Positions 8,553 through 16,238 of a DNA stretch of 24,000 nucleotides are shown one piece after another. Position 1 is the first letter of the stretch, and every line of letters begins with the position of its first letter. The notes under the pieces were generated by a model. That model did not search any database, had not been told where the DNA came from, and saw nothing but the letters and a program-made list of their open reading frames with translations. The stretch spans positions 1-24,000 of the forward strand of contig CAZLYJ010000002.1 of NCBI GenBank assembly GCA_964563845.1, in the 5' to 3' direction. A program made the translations under genes and the position numbers. Source of the DNA: an uncultured Candidatus Saccharibacteria bacterium (GTDB lineage: Bacteria > Patescibacteriota > Minisyncoccia > UBA6257 > UBA9933).

Positions 8553-8632
8553 AATTAAAATTGGCCTCTTCGGCCAAAGATATAAAATACAATACTATAT
8601 TAAAAAATTTTAGTCAATGAAAATATAAAATT

Positions 8633-8661
8633 TTGACAAAACGCCTTAACATCTTTATACT
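8633..8661 (+). promoter_or_regulatory. Putative promoter of the ABC-F gene
   Basis: TTGACA (8633-8638), 17 nt, TATACT (8656-8661). ATG at 8684 with no SD in the 22-nt interval. Confidence 0.45.
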
Positions 8662-8683
8662 TCTTTTTTGATTTGATAAAAAA

Positions 8684-10168
8684 ATGAAAGAAAAACAATC
8701 TAATAAAACAATCTTAACCGCCAATCATGGAAACGTTATTTTGCGATTTGACGGCGTTTCTTTCAATTACGGGATTAAGCCAATTCTTGATGAGGTGAAC
8801 TTTGGTGTTCGCGAAGGAGCGAAAATAACTTTAATGGGACAAAATGGCGCGGGCAAAAGTACTTTGTTTGATCTCATTATGTCCGTTCATGAGCCAGCGG
8901 AGGGTAGTATTCATATTCAAAAAGGTTTGACTATCAGTCATGCGATGCAAGTGATGCCTCGTGAAAAGATTAATCTTTCGGTTAGAGAATTTTTCCAGAG
9001 CGCTTTTATTGAAAAAGTGTACGACATTGATCCCCGGATAAAGGAGATTTTGAAAGTCGTCCATTTAATCGCGCCATTTGAAAAAAAAATAAGCGAGTTC
9101 TCCGGTGGACAACAGGCTCGTTTATTATTGGCATACGCGCTTATTCAGAAACCCGATATTTTATTGCTTGACGAACCGACTAATAATTTAGACAAGCAGG
9201 GGATAGAACATTTGACAAAATTTTTGATTGAGTACGAAAAAACTTGTTTGGTTATTTCGCATGATGCGAAATTTTTGAACGCTTTTACGCACGGCGTTTT
9301 GTATCTTGATTTTTATACGCGAAAAATAGAATACTATGTTGGCAATTATTTTGACGTGGTTGCCGAAATAACGGCTCGAATAGAACGTGATCGTATGAAA
9401 AATGTTCGCTTGGAAAAGGATATTTCCAATCGCAAAGAACAGGCAAATTTTTTCGCTCAAAAAGGAGGTCACATGCGCGATGTCGCCCGAAAAATGAATG
9501 AAAAAATAGAAGAACTTGAAGGGCAGTTGGTTGAAACTCGTCAGGAAGACAAAACAATTCGCGATTTTGTCATTCCTACAACAATTTTCTCCGAGCCGGT
9601 GGTGACAATTAAATCAGTTTCGGTGATGCATAATCATAAACCAATTGTTAAAAAAGTTAATATTATATTAAAAAAAGGAGAGCGATTATTGATAAAAGGT
9701 CCGAATGGCATTGGTAAGACATATTTTTTACAGAGTATTGTAGATGAAAAAGCCAAAGGGACTTTTTTGCTCAAAGGAGCGGCTATCGGTTATTATCGTC
9801 AGGATTTTTCCGGTCTTGATATGAATGCTTCCGTGTATAAAACATTGTCTGACATAATGAAAGACGGTTCCGACCAACAACTTCGCTCGGTAGCGGCGCA
9901 ATTTTTGTTGACGAGTGATATTTTAAACAATAAAGTTGAATCGCTTTCCGAGGGGCAGAAGGGTTTGCTTTGTTTTGCGCAATTTGTGCTTCAACATCCG
10001 GCGCTTTTGATTCTTGATGAACCGACTAATCATATTAATTTCCGTCATCTGCCGATTATCGCGAAAGCGCTCAATAAATATGGCGGCGCTATGATTATTA
10101 TTTCTCATATGGGCGAATTTGTTAATGAAGTAAAAACTACGCAAACGCTTGATCTCGGAGCGTTGTAA
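8684..10168 (+). CDS. ABC-F family ATPase (two fused ABC domains, no TM domain; translation-factor type)
   Basis: 494 aa. NBD1 has GQNGAGKSTL, FSGGQQARLLLA, LLLDEPTNNLD and ISHD. An Arg/Lys/Glu-rich inter-domain linker follows (RIERDRMKNVRLEKDISNRKEQANFF...). NBD2 has GPNGIGKTYF, LSEGQKGLL, LILDEPTNHIN and ISHM. Confidence 0.88.
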   Translation: MKEKQSNKTILTANHGNVILRFDGVSFNYGIKPILDEVNFGVREGAKITLMGQNGAGKSTLFDLIMSVHEPAEGSIHIQKGLTISHAMQVMPREKINLSVREFFQSAFIEKVYDIDPRIKEILKVVHLIAPFEKKISEFSGGQQARLLLAYALIQKPDILLLDEPTNNLDKQGIEHLTKFLIEYEKTCLVISHDAKFLNAFTHGVLYLDFYTRKIEYYVGNYFDVVAEITARIERDRMKNVRLEKDISNRKEQANFFAQKGGHMRDVARKMNEKIEELEGQLVETRQEDKTIRDFVIPTTIFSEPVVTIKSVSVMHNHKPIVKKVNIILKKGERLLIKGPNGIGKTYFLQSIVDEKAKGTFLLKGAAIGYYRQDFSGLDMNASVYKTLSDIMKDGSDQQLRSVAAQFLLTSDILNNKVESLSEGQKGLLCFAQFVLQHPALLILDEPTNHINFRHLPIIAKALNKYGGAMIIISHMGEFVNEVKTTQTLDLGAL

Positions 10169-10177
10169 ATTTTTTTA

Positions 10178-10186
10178 TGTTATAAT
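10178..10186 (+). promoter_or_regulatory. Extended -10 element (TGtTATAAT) abutting the helicase start codon
   Basis: TG at 10178-10179 and TATAAT at 10181-10186. Only 6 nt separate the hexamer from ATG 10193, and there is no SD. Confidence 0.4.
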
Positions 10187-10192
10187 TTTAAA

Positions 10193-11398
10193 ATGAATAA
10201 ACAATCAGGTTTCTACAATCTTGGCATCGCGCCGAATATTTTAACAATCCTTGATAAGCTTAATTTTAAAACTCCCACGCCAATTCAAGAAAAATCCATT
10301 CTTCCGGCAATTGAAGGAAAGGATTTAATCGGCGTTGCTCAAACCGGCACGGGGAAAACTCTTGCTTTTGCCATACCTATGATTCAGGGCGCTTTTCGCG
10401 GACAACAGGGACTCGTTGTGTTGCCGACTCGCGAGCTCGCTCTTCAAGTGAATGAAGTTTTTCGTAAAATAGGAATATCATTCGGTCTTCGGACGGCAAT
10501 TCTTATCGGCGGCGAGCCCATTGGCCGTCAAATCCAAACTCTTCGCAGAGGTCCGCAAATTGTAATCGGCACCCCGGGAAGAATTATTGACCATCTTGAC
10601 AAAAGAACTCTTTCGCTCGGATCAGTGGGAATTCTTGTGCTTGATGAAGCGGACAGAATGCTTGATATGGGTTTTGCCCCTCAATTGAAGCGCATTTTAC
10701 AATCAGTGCCCGTTAAGCGGCAAACCATGCTTTTTTCCGCCACCATGCCCGAAAATATTGTCGCTATCGCGCGAGGTTATATGAAACTTCCCGTTCGCGT
10801 TGAAATCGCGCCATCGGGGACTGCCGCGGAAAAAGTCACTCATGAACTTTTTTTTGTTCAAAAACACGATAAGTCGCGGCTTCTTGAAAAAATTTTGGAA
10901 GAGTACAGAGGTTCCGTGCTCGTATTTTCTCGGACGAAATTCGGCGCGAGGAAAATTACCGCCGGCGTTCGCGCGCTTAAACATGCCGTAGCGGAAATTC
11001 ACTCTGATCGTTCTTTGAGCCAGCGTAGGGAAGCGCTTGATGGTTTTCGAAACGGCAAATATCGGGTTCTTATCGCGACTGATATCGCCGCGCGCGGCAT
11101 AGACGTAAAAGGAATTGAACTTGTGTTGAATTACGACCTTCCTCAAAATCCCGAGGATTATGTTCATCGCATTGGCCGGACTGGAAGAGCAGGCGGCGTG
11201 GGCCATGCCATTTCTTTTGCCACTTCCGATCAGAGAAGAGACGTTAAGGGAATAGAGCGTCTTATTCGCGCCACTCTGCCGCTTTCTAAACTTCCCGAGC
11301 TTCCTCCGGCGCGAAGAATAGAAAAAATATCAGAAGTATCGGAAGCTCATTTTGGTTATGGTCGCCGTCCTCAAATCCGTTCCCGTTTCAGAAGATAA
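10193..11398 (+). CDS. DEAD-box ATP-dependent RNA helicase
   Basis: 401 aa. Q motif (F..PTPIQ), AQTGTGKT (I), PTRELA (Ia), DEAD (II), SAT (III), HRIGRTGRAG (VI), and an Arg-rich C-terminal tail. Confidence 0.93.
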   Translation: MNKQSGFYNLGIAPNILTILDKLNFKTPTPIQEKSILPAIEGKDLIGVAQTGTGKTLAFAIPMIQGAFRGQQGLVVLPTRELALQVNEVFRKIGISFGLRTAILIGGEPIGRQIQTLRRGPQIVIGTPGRIIDHLDKRTLSLGSVGILVLDEADRMLDMGFAPQLKRILQSVPVKRQTMLFSATMPENIVAIARGYMKLPVRVEIAPSGTAAEKVTHELFFVQKHDKSRLLEKILEEYRGSVLVFSRTKFGARKITAGVRALKHAVAEIHSDRSLSQRREALDGFRNGKYRVLIATDIAARGIDVKGIELVLNYDLPQNPEDYVHRIGRTGRAGGVGHAISFATSDQRRDVKGIERLIRATLPLSKLPELPPARRIEKISEVSEAHFGYGRRPQIRSRFRR

Positions 11399-11402
11399 TA
11401 AT

Positions 11403-12368
11403 TTATTTCTCCGCTTTTATTTCGTTTAAAATCTTTTTTACTTTTTCCAAGCTGTCCCAATCATAAACGGAGATTGGGAAAATGTTTTCGTTTATTTTTT
11501 TTAAGGCGGTAATTTTCTTTTTTATTTCTGCCACTGGAATCATGTCGCTTTTGCTTAAAAATACGTACTCGGTTTTTTTTACGAGTTCTTTACTATGGGT
11601 TTCAAGTTCTTTTTTAATTATTTTGTAATCTTTTACCGGATTTTCCGACTCCGCGGAAATTAAATGAAAAAGGATTTTTGTGCGTTCAATGTGGCGGAGG
11701 AATTTTATGCCCAAACCTTTGCCAGTGGATGCCCCTTCAATAAGTCCTGGAATATCCGCAAGAATGAGTTCGTAATACGTTCCTAAGTTAGGTTCCAAAG
11801 TCGTAAAGGGGTAATTAGCGACTTTGCTTTTTGCTTTTGTAAATTCATTCAGCAAACTTGATTTTCCGGCATTTGGCAAACCAATAAGTCCCACATCGGC
11901 AATGAGTTTGAGTTCCAGTCTTGCGGTAAAATTTTCGCCGGCTAGACCCGGTTGAAATTGTTTTGGAGTGGTGTTTGTTGAAGATCTAAAATGAAAATTT
12001 CCTTTTCCACCGCGTCCGCCTTTCGCGATGAGAATTTTCTCGCCGATTTTTAACACTTCTTTAATTTCATTTGTTTTCATTTTTTTATGAATTATCGTTC
12101 CCACGGGAACTTTCAAAACAAGATCAATTCCATCAATGCCGTCTCTAAATTGCCCCCTTCCGTCCGCGCCGTTTTTCGCTTCAATGTCTTTTTTATATCT
12201 GAATTGGCCCAAAGCGTTTAAGTCGGGAACGCCTTCAAGATAAATACTGCCGCCTTTGCCGCCGCTTCCGCCGGCCGGTCCTAAACTCATTAAATTTTTA
12301 TTAAAAGCCACGGCGCCCTTTCCGCCATTACCGGCTTTTATTTTAATTGTTACGTCGTCAATTAACAT
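11403..12368 (-). CDS. obg: GTPase Obg/CgtA
   Basis: 321 aa. Glycine-rich Obg fold (KAGNGGKGAVAF, GGSGGKGGSIYLEG, GGRGGKGN), then the G domain GLPNAGKSSLL, DIPGLIEGAS and SKSD. Confidence 0.93.
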   Translation of the reverse strand: MLIDDVTIKIKAGNGGKGAVAFNKNLMSLGPAGGSGGKGGSIYLEGVPDLNALGQFRYKKDIEAKNGADGRGQFRDGIDGIDLVLKVPVGTIIHKKMKTNEIKEVLKIGEKILIAKGGRGGKGNFHFRSSTNTTPKQFQPGLAGENFTARLELKLIADVGLIGLPNAGKSSLLNEFTKAKSKVANYPFTTLEPNLGTYYELILADIPGLIEGASTGKGLGIKFLRHIERTKILFHLISAESENPVKDYKIIKKELETHSKELVKKTEYVFLSKSDMIPVAEIKKKITALKKINENIFPISVYDWDSLEKVKKILNEIKAEK

Positions 12369-12414
12369 ATTTGTATTTTAATTTAGTAATATATTATATT
12401 ATAATTAACTGGGT

Positions 12415-12615
12415 ATGGATATAGACATTTTGAAAAAATTGGAAGAACAGGAACAAAAAATCGATAAAATTTATCGGTCAGTAGAAAAGATGAGAAAATA
12501 TTTTCTCTGGTCGTTAATCATCGGCATTGTTTTTATCGTTCTTCCTTTTATTGGGCTTATCTTCGTTATTCCGATGTTTTTGAGAACGCTCAATATTGGC
12601 GGTTTGGGATTATAA
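12415..12615 (+). CDS. Small hypothetical membrane protein
   Basis: 66 aa. Charged helical N-terminus, then one long hydrophobic stretch (FLWSLIIGIVFIVLPFIGLIFVIPMFL). No homology recognised. Confidence 0.4.
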   Translation: MDIDILKKLEEQEQKIDKIYRSVEKMRKYFLWSLIIGIVFIVLPFIGLIFVIPMFLRTLNIGGLGL

Positions 12616-12681
12616 AGTTTTAAAAATGAAGTTTTAGTTAATTTTTTCGGACGATTTTCAGATTCTCTTTCGCTTTTTTAT

Positions 12682-13305
12682 TTAAATAATCCATTTATTT
12701 TCCATGAGGAAATCTTTTACTTTTGTAAAAATCTTTTCATGCCCGACTGAATTAGGATGAAGACCATCTTCAAAATCTTCGTTATTTAACAAACCAAAAA
12801 TATTCAAATATAAAATATCATTTTTTTCGCAAACAATTTTCATAACCTCGTTATATTTTTTAATCTCCGTATTTACATAGTAAATATCCTCCCTTGATAC
12901 TGGCGCGGTTTTTGCCTCATTAACATTTTTAAATCCAATAAAAATTATATTAGGGGTGATATCTCTGGTCTTTTTAATAATTTCTTCTATATTTTTTCTA
13001 AATTGATCTATTGGAATTTGATTCGGACCATTTTTACTTTTTAGACAAGAGTCATTTCCGCCCGATTGAAAAATTAGGGCATCAGCTTCTCTGATTTTTG
13101 CTTCTGATTCAAATCTTTCAAGTATAGTTTCAGTCGTACCTCCGGAAATACTCAAATTATAGATTTCGGTTTCTCCGTTTGTTTTTTCATTAATATAAAA
13201 CCAGAGACGATTTACCCATCCGCCTTTTTCCATATCCCACGCGCCCCAAGCCGTGCTATCTCCAAATACACAAATGGACTCTATTTTTTTATTATCTTGA
13301 GCCAT
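12682..13305 (-). CDS. SGNH/GDSL-family hydrolase (lipase or acylhydrolase-like)
   Basis: 207 aa. Block I FGDSTAWG (catalytic Ser), block III GGND, block V DGLHPN (Asp-x-x-His). Confidence 0.8.
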   Translation of the reverse strand: MAQDNKKIESICVFGDSTAWGAWDMEKGGWVNRLWFYINEKTNGETEIYNLSISGGTTETILERFESEAKIREADALIFQSGGNDSCLKSKNGPNQIPIDQFRKNIEEIIKKTRDITPNIIFIGFKNVNEAKTAPVSREDIYYVNTEIKKYNEVMKIVCEKNDILYLNIFGLLNNEDFEDGLHPNSVGHEKIFTKVKDFLMENKWII

Positions 13306-13342
13306 AAATTTTTTACAAAAAAATTTGATTATTTTTCGCTAG

Positions 13343-13413
13343 CTGCCGGGCAGGGACTCGAACCCCGATACTGGGCTTCAAAGGCCCATGTCCTACCATT
13401 AGACGACCCGGCA
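13343..13413 (-). tRNA. tRNA-Gln (anticodon UUG)
   Basis: The reverse complement folds as a 71-nt cloverleaf: acceptor TGCCGGG/CCCGGCA (U1-A72), D arm GTCT-AATGGTA-GGAC, anticodon arm TGGGC-CTTTGAA-GCCCA (anticodon TTG), T arm CGGGG-TTCGAGT-CCCTG, discriminator G. No encoded CCA. Confidence 0.9.
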
Positions 13414-13421
13414 ATGCCGCA

Positions 13422-13450
13422 ATTATATAAAAATTTTGCTTGAAATTCAA
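13422..13450 (-). promoter_or_regulatory. Near-consensus promoter of tRNA-Gln
   Basis: On the minus strand: TTGAAT (complement of 13445-13450), 17 nt, TATAAT (complement of 13422-13427). Only 8 nt then separate it from tRNA nucleotide 1 at 13413. Confidence 0.55.
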
Positions 13451-13464
13451 TAAGATGTTAAAAT
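13436..13464 (+). promoter_or_regulatory. Putative promoter of the pilus operon
   Basis: TTGCTT (13436-13441), 17 nt, TGtTAAAAT (hexamer 13459-13464). ATG 13472 is 7 nt downstream and has no SD. Lies back-to-back with, and overlaps, the tRNA-Gln promoter. Confidence 0.4.
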
Positions 13465-13471
13465 AAATTTA

Positions 13472-14704
13472 ATGCCTGAGGAAAAAATTTTAGACACTTC
13501 GTTAATAGAGAAAGAACTCAAAGCGGCGCCGGAGGGAATTTCAATTATCCGGCTTGTTGACGCTTTAATTACTCACGCTTTTAATTCTCGGGCTTCTGAT
13601 GTTCATATCGCGCCTGAAGAAAGCCGCGTCAGAGTGCGATTGAGAATAGACGGCACGCTTCACGATATTTTCGTTTTTCCCAAAGAAATTCAATCGGAAG
13701 TAATCACTAGAATAAAGGTGCTTTCCGGACTTCGAACGGACGAACATCAGGCGGCTCAAGATGGAAGATTCAAAATTCCCATTGAAGATATCGGTTATGT
13801 TGATGTTCGCGTTTCAATCGCTCCGACTTATTATGGCGAGAACGCGGTTTTAAGAATTTTATCCGAAAGAACGCAACTGGGTTTGGAACAATTGGGATTT
13901 TCAGAAAGGGACATGAGAATTGTCAAAGAATCCATTCGAAAACCTTATGGAATGATTTTAGCCACCGGCCCGACCGGTTCGGGAAAAACAACTTCGCTTT
14001 ACGCTATCATCAGAGTTTTAAACACGGATGAAGTTTCCATTATTACGATTGAGGACCCGATAGAATATTCCATCAAGGGCGTTGATCAGATTCAGGTTAA
14101 CGCGCAAACTGGTTTGACTTTTGCTCAGGGGTTGCGTTCAATTTTGCGGCAAGATCCGAATATCATAATGGTCGGCGAAATTAGGGATGAAGAAACAGCC
14201 GGCATCGCGGTGAACGCGGCTTTAACCGGACACTTGCTTCTTTCAACTATTCACACCAATGACGCGGCTACCACATTGCCGCGGCTTTTAGACATGAACA
14301 TTGAACCGTTTTTGATCGCTTCAACGATTAATATTGCCATAGGTCAACGGCTAGTCAGAAAAATTTGCCAAAATTGCAAAGCCAAAAAAGTTTTAACGGA
14401 CGCTGAATTTAAAAGTTTGTCTGAAGTTTTGCCTTTGGAAATTTTAGATAATCACCGCGAATTTTATAAAGGCAACGGCTGCGAAAAATGCGAAGGCGAC
14501 GGATATGACGGCAGAATCAGCATTTACGAGGTTTTGGAGGTGACGGAAAATATTAGAGAGTTGATTATGAAAAGGGTTAATTCCGCAGAAATTAAAGAGG
14601 CGGCAATTAAAGAGGGAATGACTACAATGCTTGAAGACGGCTTCAAGAAAGCGCTTAAGGGAATTACCACGATCGATGAAATTTTAAGAATTATTCACGA
14701 ATGA
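13472..14704 (+). CDS. pilB: Type IV pilus / type II secretion assembly ATPase (PilB/GspE/ComGA family), short form
   Basis: 410 aa. Walker A GPTGSGKTT, Asp box IITIEDPIE, Walker B IIMVGEIRD, His box GHLLLSTIHTND, and a tetracysteine Zn motif (CQNC...CEKC) characteristic of assembly rather than retraction ATPases. The long N-terminal domains of classical PilB/GspE are absent. Confidence 0.9.
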   Translation: MPEEKILDTSLIEKELKAAPEGISIIRLVDALITHAFNSRASDVHIAPEESRVRVRLRIDGTLHDIFVFPKEIQSEVITRIKVLSGLRTDEHQAAQDGRFKIPIEDIGYVDVRVSIAPTYYGENAVLRILSERTQLGLEQLGFSERDMRIVKESIRKPYGMILATGPTGSGKTTSLYAIIRVLNTDEVSIITIEDPIEYSIKGVDQIQVNAQTGLTFAQGLRSILRQDPNIIMVGEIRDEETAGIAVNAALTGHLLLSTIHTNDAATTLPRLLDMNIEPFLIASTINIAIGQRLVRKICQNCKAKKVLTDAEFKSLSEVLPLEILDNHREFYKGNGCEKCEGDGYDGRISIYEVLEVTENIRELIMKRVNSAEIKEAAIKEGMTTMLEDGFKKALKGITTIDEILRIIHE

Positions 14705-14727
14705 TTAAGAATTTTAAACCTTAAAAT

Positions 14728-15798
14728 ATGACAAATCCCTTTAAAAATTTTTTCTTGCGTGTGCCGCTTTTTGAAAAAATGCTTTTTGCCAAACATCTTT
14801 CAATTATGATTCGCGCGGGAATGCCGATTTTAAACAGCCTTCAGGTTTTAAAAAAGCAAGCGAAGTCGAAATCTTTAAAAAAAATTCTTGAAGAAGTGAG
14901 CGTTGATATTGATAATGGGCAATTTCTTTCAGCCAGCTTGGAAAAGCATGTTTCTGTTTTCGGGAAATTCTTTATCAATATCATTCGGGTTGGAGAAGCC
15001 AGCGGCACTTTGGCGGACAATCTTAATTATCTTCATGAAGAATTGAAAAAAAATTACGAATTGCGCCGCAAAATAAAAGCGGCTTTGACTTATCCCATTA
15101 TTATTCTCATAGCGGCTACCGCTATCGGAGGGCTTTTAATATTTTTCGTGTTTCCTAAAATCATTTCCATATTTTCGGGTTTTCAAGCGCAATTGCCTTT
15201 GAGTACGAGAATTTTAATCGCTTTTGTCAATTTTATGACGAACTATTTCTTGTGGTTGATTATCGCTTTTGTCGTTTTGGCGGTTTTAATCTGGTTTTTG
15301 TTTAAAATCAGTCGGGTGAAATTTTTGTATCACCGATTTATTTTGATGATGCCTTTTGTCGGCGGCGTGGCGCGCAACATCAATATGACGAATTTCGCCA
15401 GAACATTGGGTTCGTTGTTGAAAAGCGGGATAAAAATAGTTGACGCGATTTTAATTACGGCGGACACTATCCCAAATTTGGTTTATGGAAAAAAATTGCG
15501 CGAAATTGCCGAAAGAGTTAGGAGTGGAGAATCAATGTCCCATTATATGGTTCAGGAGGAAAAATTTTTTCCGGCAATTTTTTCTCAAATGGTTGAAGTG
15601 GGAGAAAATACCGGTCATCTCGATGAAAATCTCGCTTATTTGGCGAATTTTTACGAAGCGGAGGCGGATGAGGTGTTTAAAAATCTTTCGACGGTTTTAG
15701 AACCGATTCTTTTACTGGTGATGGGTATAATAGTCGGTTTTATCGCGGTTTCGGTTATCACGCCGATTTATAAGATTGCCGGCGGACTTGGCCTTTAA
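14728..15798 (+). CDS. pilC: Type IV pilus platform protein (PilC/GspF/ComGB family)
   Basis: 356 aa with two repeated T2SS-F-type halves (FAKHLSIMIRAGMPILNSL... and FARTLGSLLKSGIKIVDAI...), three TM segments, and the conserved ending EPILLLVMGIIVGFIAVSVITPIY. Confidence 0.88.
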   Translation: MTNPFKNFFLRVPLFEKMLFAKHLSIMIRAGMPILNSLQVLKKQAKSKSLKKILEEVSVDIDNGQFLSASLEKHVSVFGKFFINIIRVGEASGTLADNLNYLHEELKKNYELRRKIKAALTYPIIILIAATAIGGLLIFFVFPKIISIFSGFQAQLPLSTRILIAFVNFMTNYFLWLIIAFVVLAVLIWFLFKISRVKFLYHRFILMMPFVGGVARNINMTNFARTLGSLLKSGIKIVDAILITADTIPNLVYGKKLREIAERVRSGESMSHYMVQEEKFFPAIFSQMVEVGENTGHLDENLAYLANFYEAEADEVFKNLSTVLEPILLLVMGIIVGFIAVSVITPIYKIAGGLGL

Positions 15799-15803
15799 TT
15801 GAA

Positions 15804-16238
15804 ATGACAAATAAAGGATTTACATTTATTGAAATTATGGTCGCGGTTGCTATTTTAATTTTAATTTTCGGCTTAGGAGGCGATATGGGATTAAATTTTT
15901 ATCGCCAATATTTAAGAGAACAATCAAAGAGCGATTTGACGACAATTTTAAAAAAAGCCCGTTCTCGAGCTATGGCTGACATCAATCAATCAAATCACGG
16001 CGTTTATGTGGGCGAAAATCAATATATTCTTTTTCAAGGGAGTTCTTATTCAAGCAGAACGACGGAATATGATCAGGCGTTTAACAAGGCGTCTGGAATT
16101 TCAGCTAGTGGTTTAGGCGAAATTGTTTTTGAGCGTTTTCGCGGCAACTCTTCCTCTTCCAGCACGATAACTTTAACGGATGTTTTCACCAATAAAACAA
16201 AAACGATAGAAATCAATTATGAAGGCAGAATCAATTAA
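15804..16238 (+). CDS. Prepilin-type minor pilin, GspH/FimU-like
   Basis: 144 aa. Class III signal MTNKG|FTFIEIMVAVAILILIF (Gly-1, Phe+1, Glu+5). The C-terminal beta-rich part ending TKTIEINYEGRI resembles GspH/FimU-type pseudopilins. Confidence 0.75.
   Translation: MTNKGFTFIEIMVAVAILILIFGLGGDMGLNFYRQYLREQSKSDLTTILKKARSRAMADINQSNHGVYVGENQYILFQGSSYSSRTTEYDQAFNKASGISASGLGEIVFERFRGNSSSSSTITLTDVFTNKTKTIEINYEGRIN

Noticed and set aside
10703-11206. A long 167-aa ORF on the minus strand, and the 63-aa ORF at 10800..10991 (+), both inside the DEAD-box helicase gene.
   Set aside because: The helicase reading frame carries every canonical motif across this region (SAT, HRIGRTGRAG). Long shadow ORFs are expected in locally GC-rich, Arg-codon-rich DNA. 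There is no independent start context or recognisable product.
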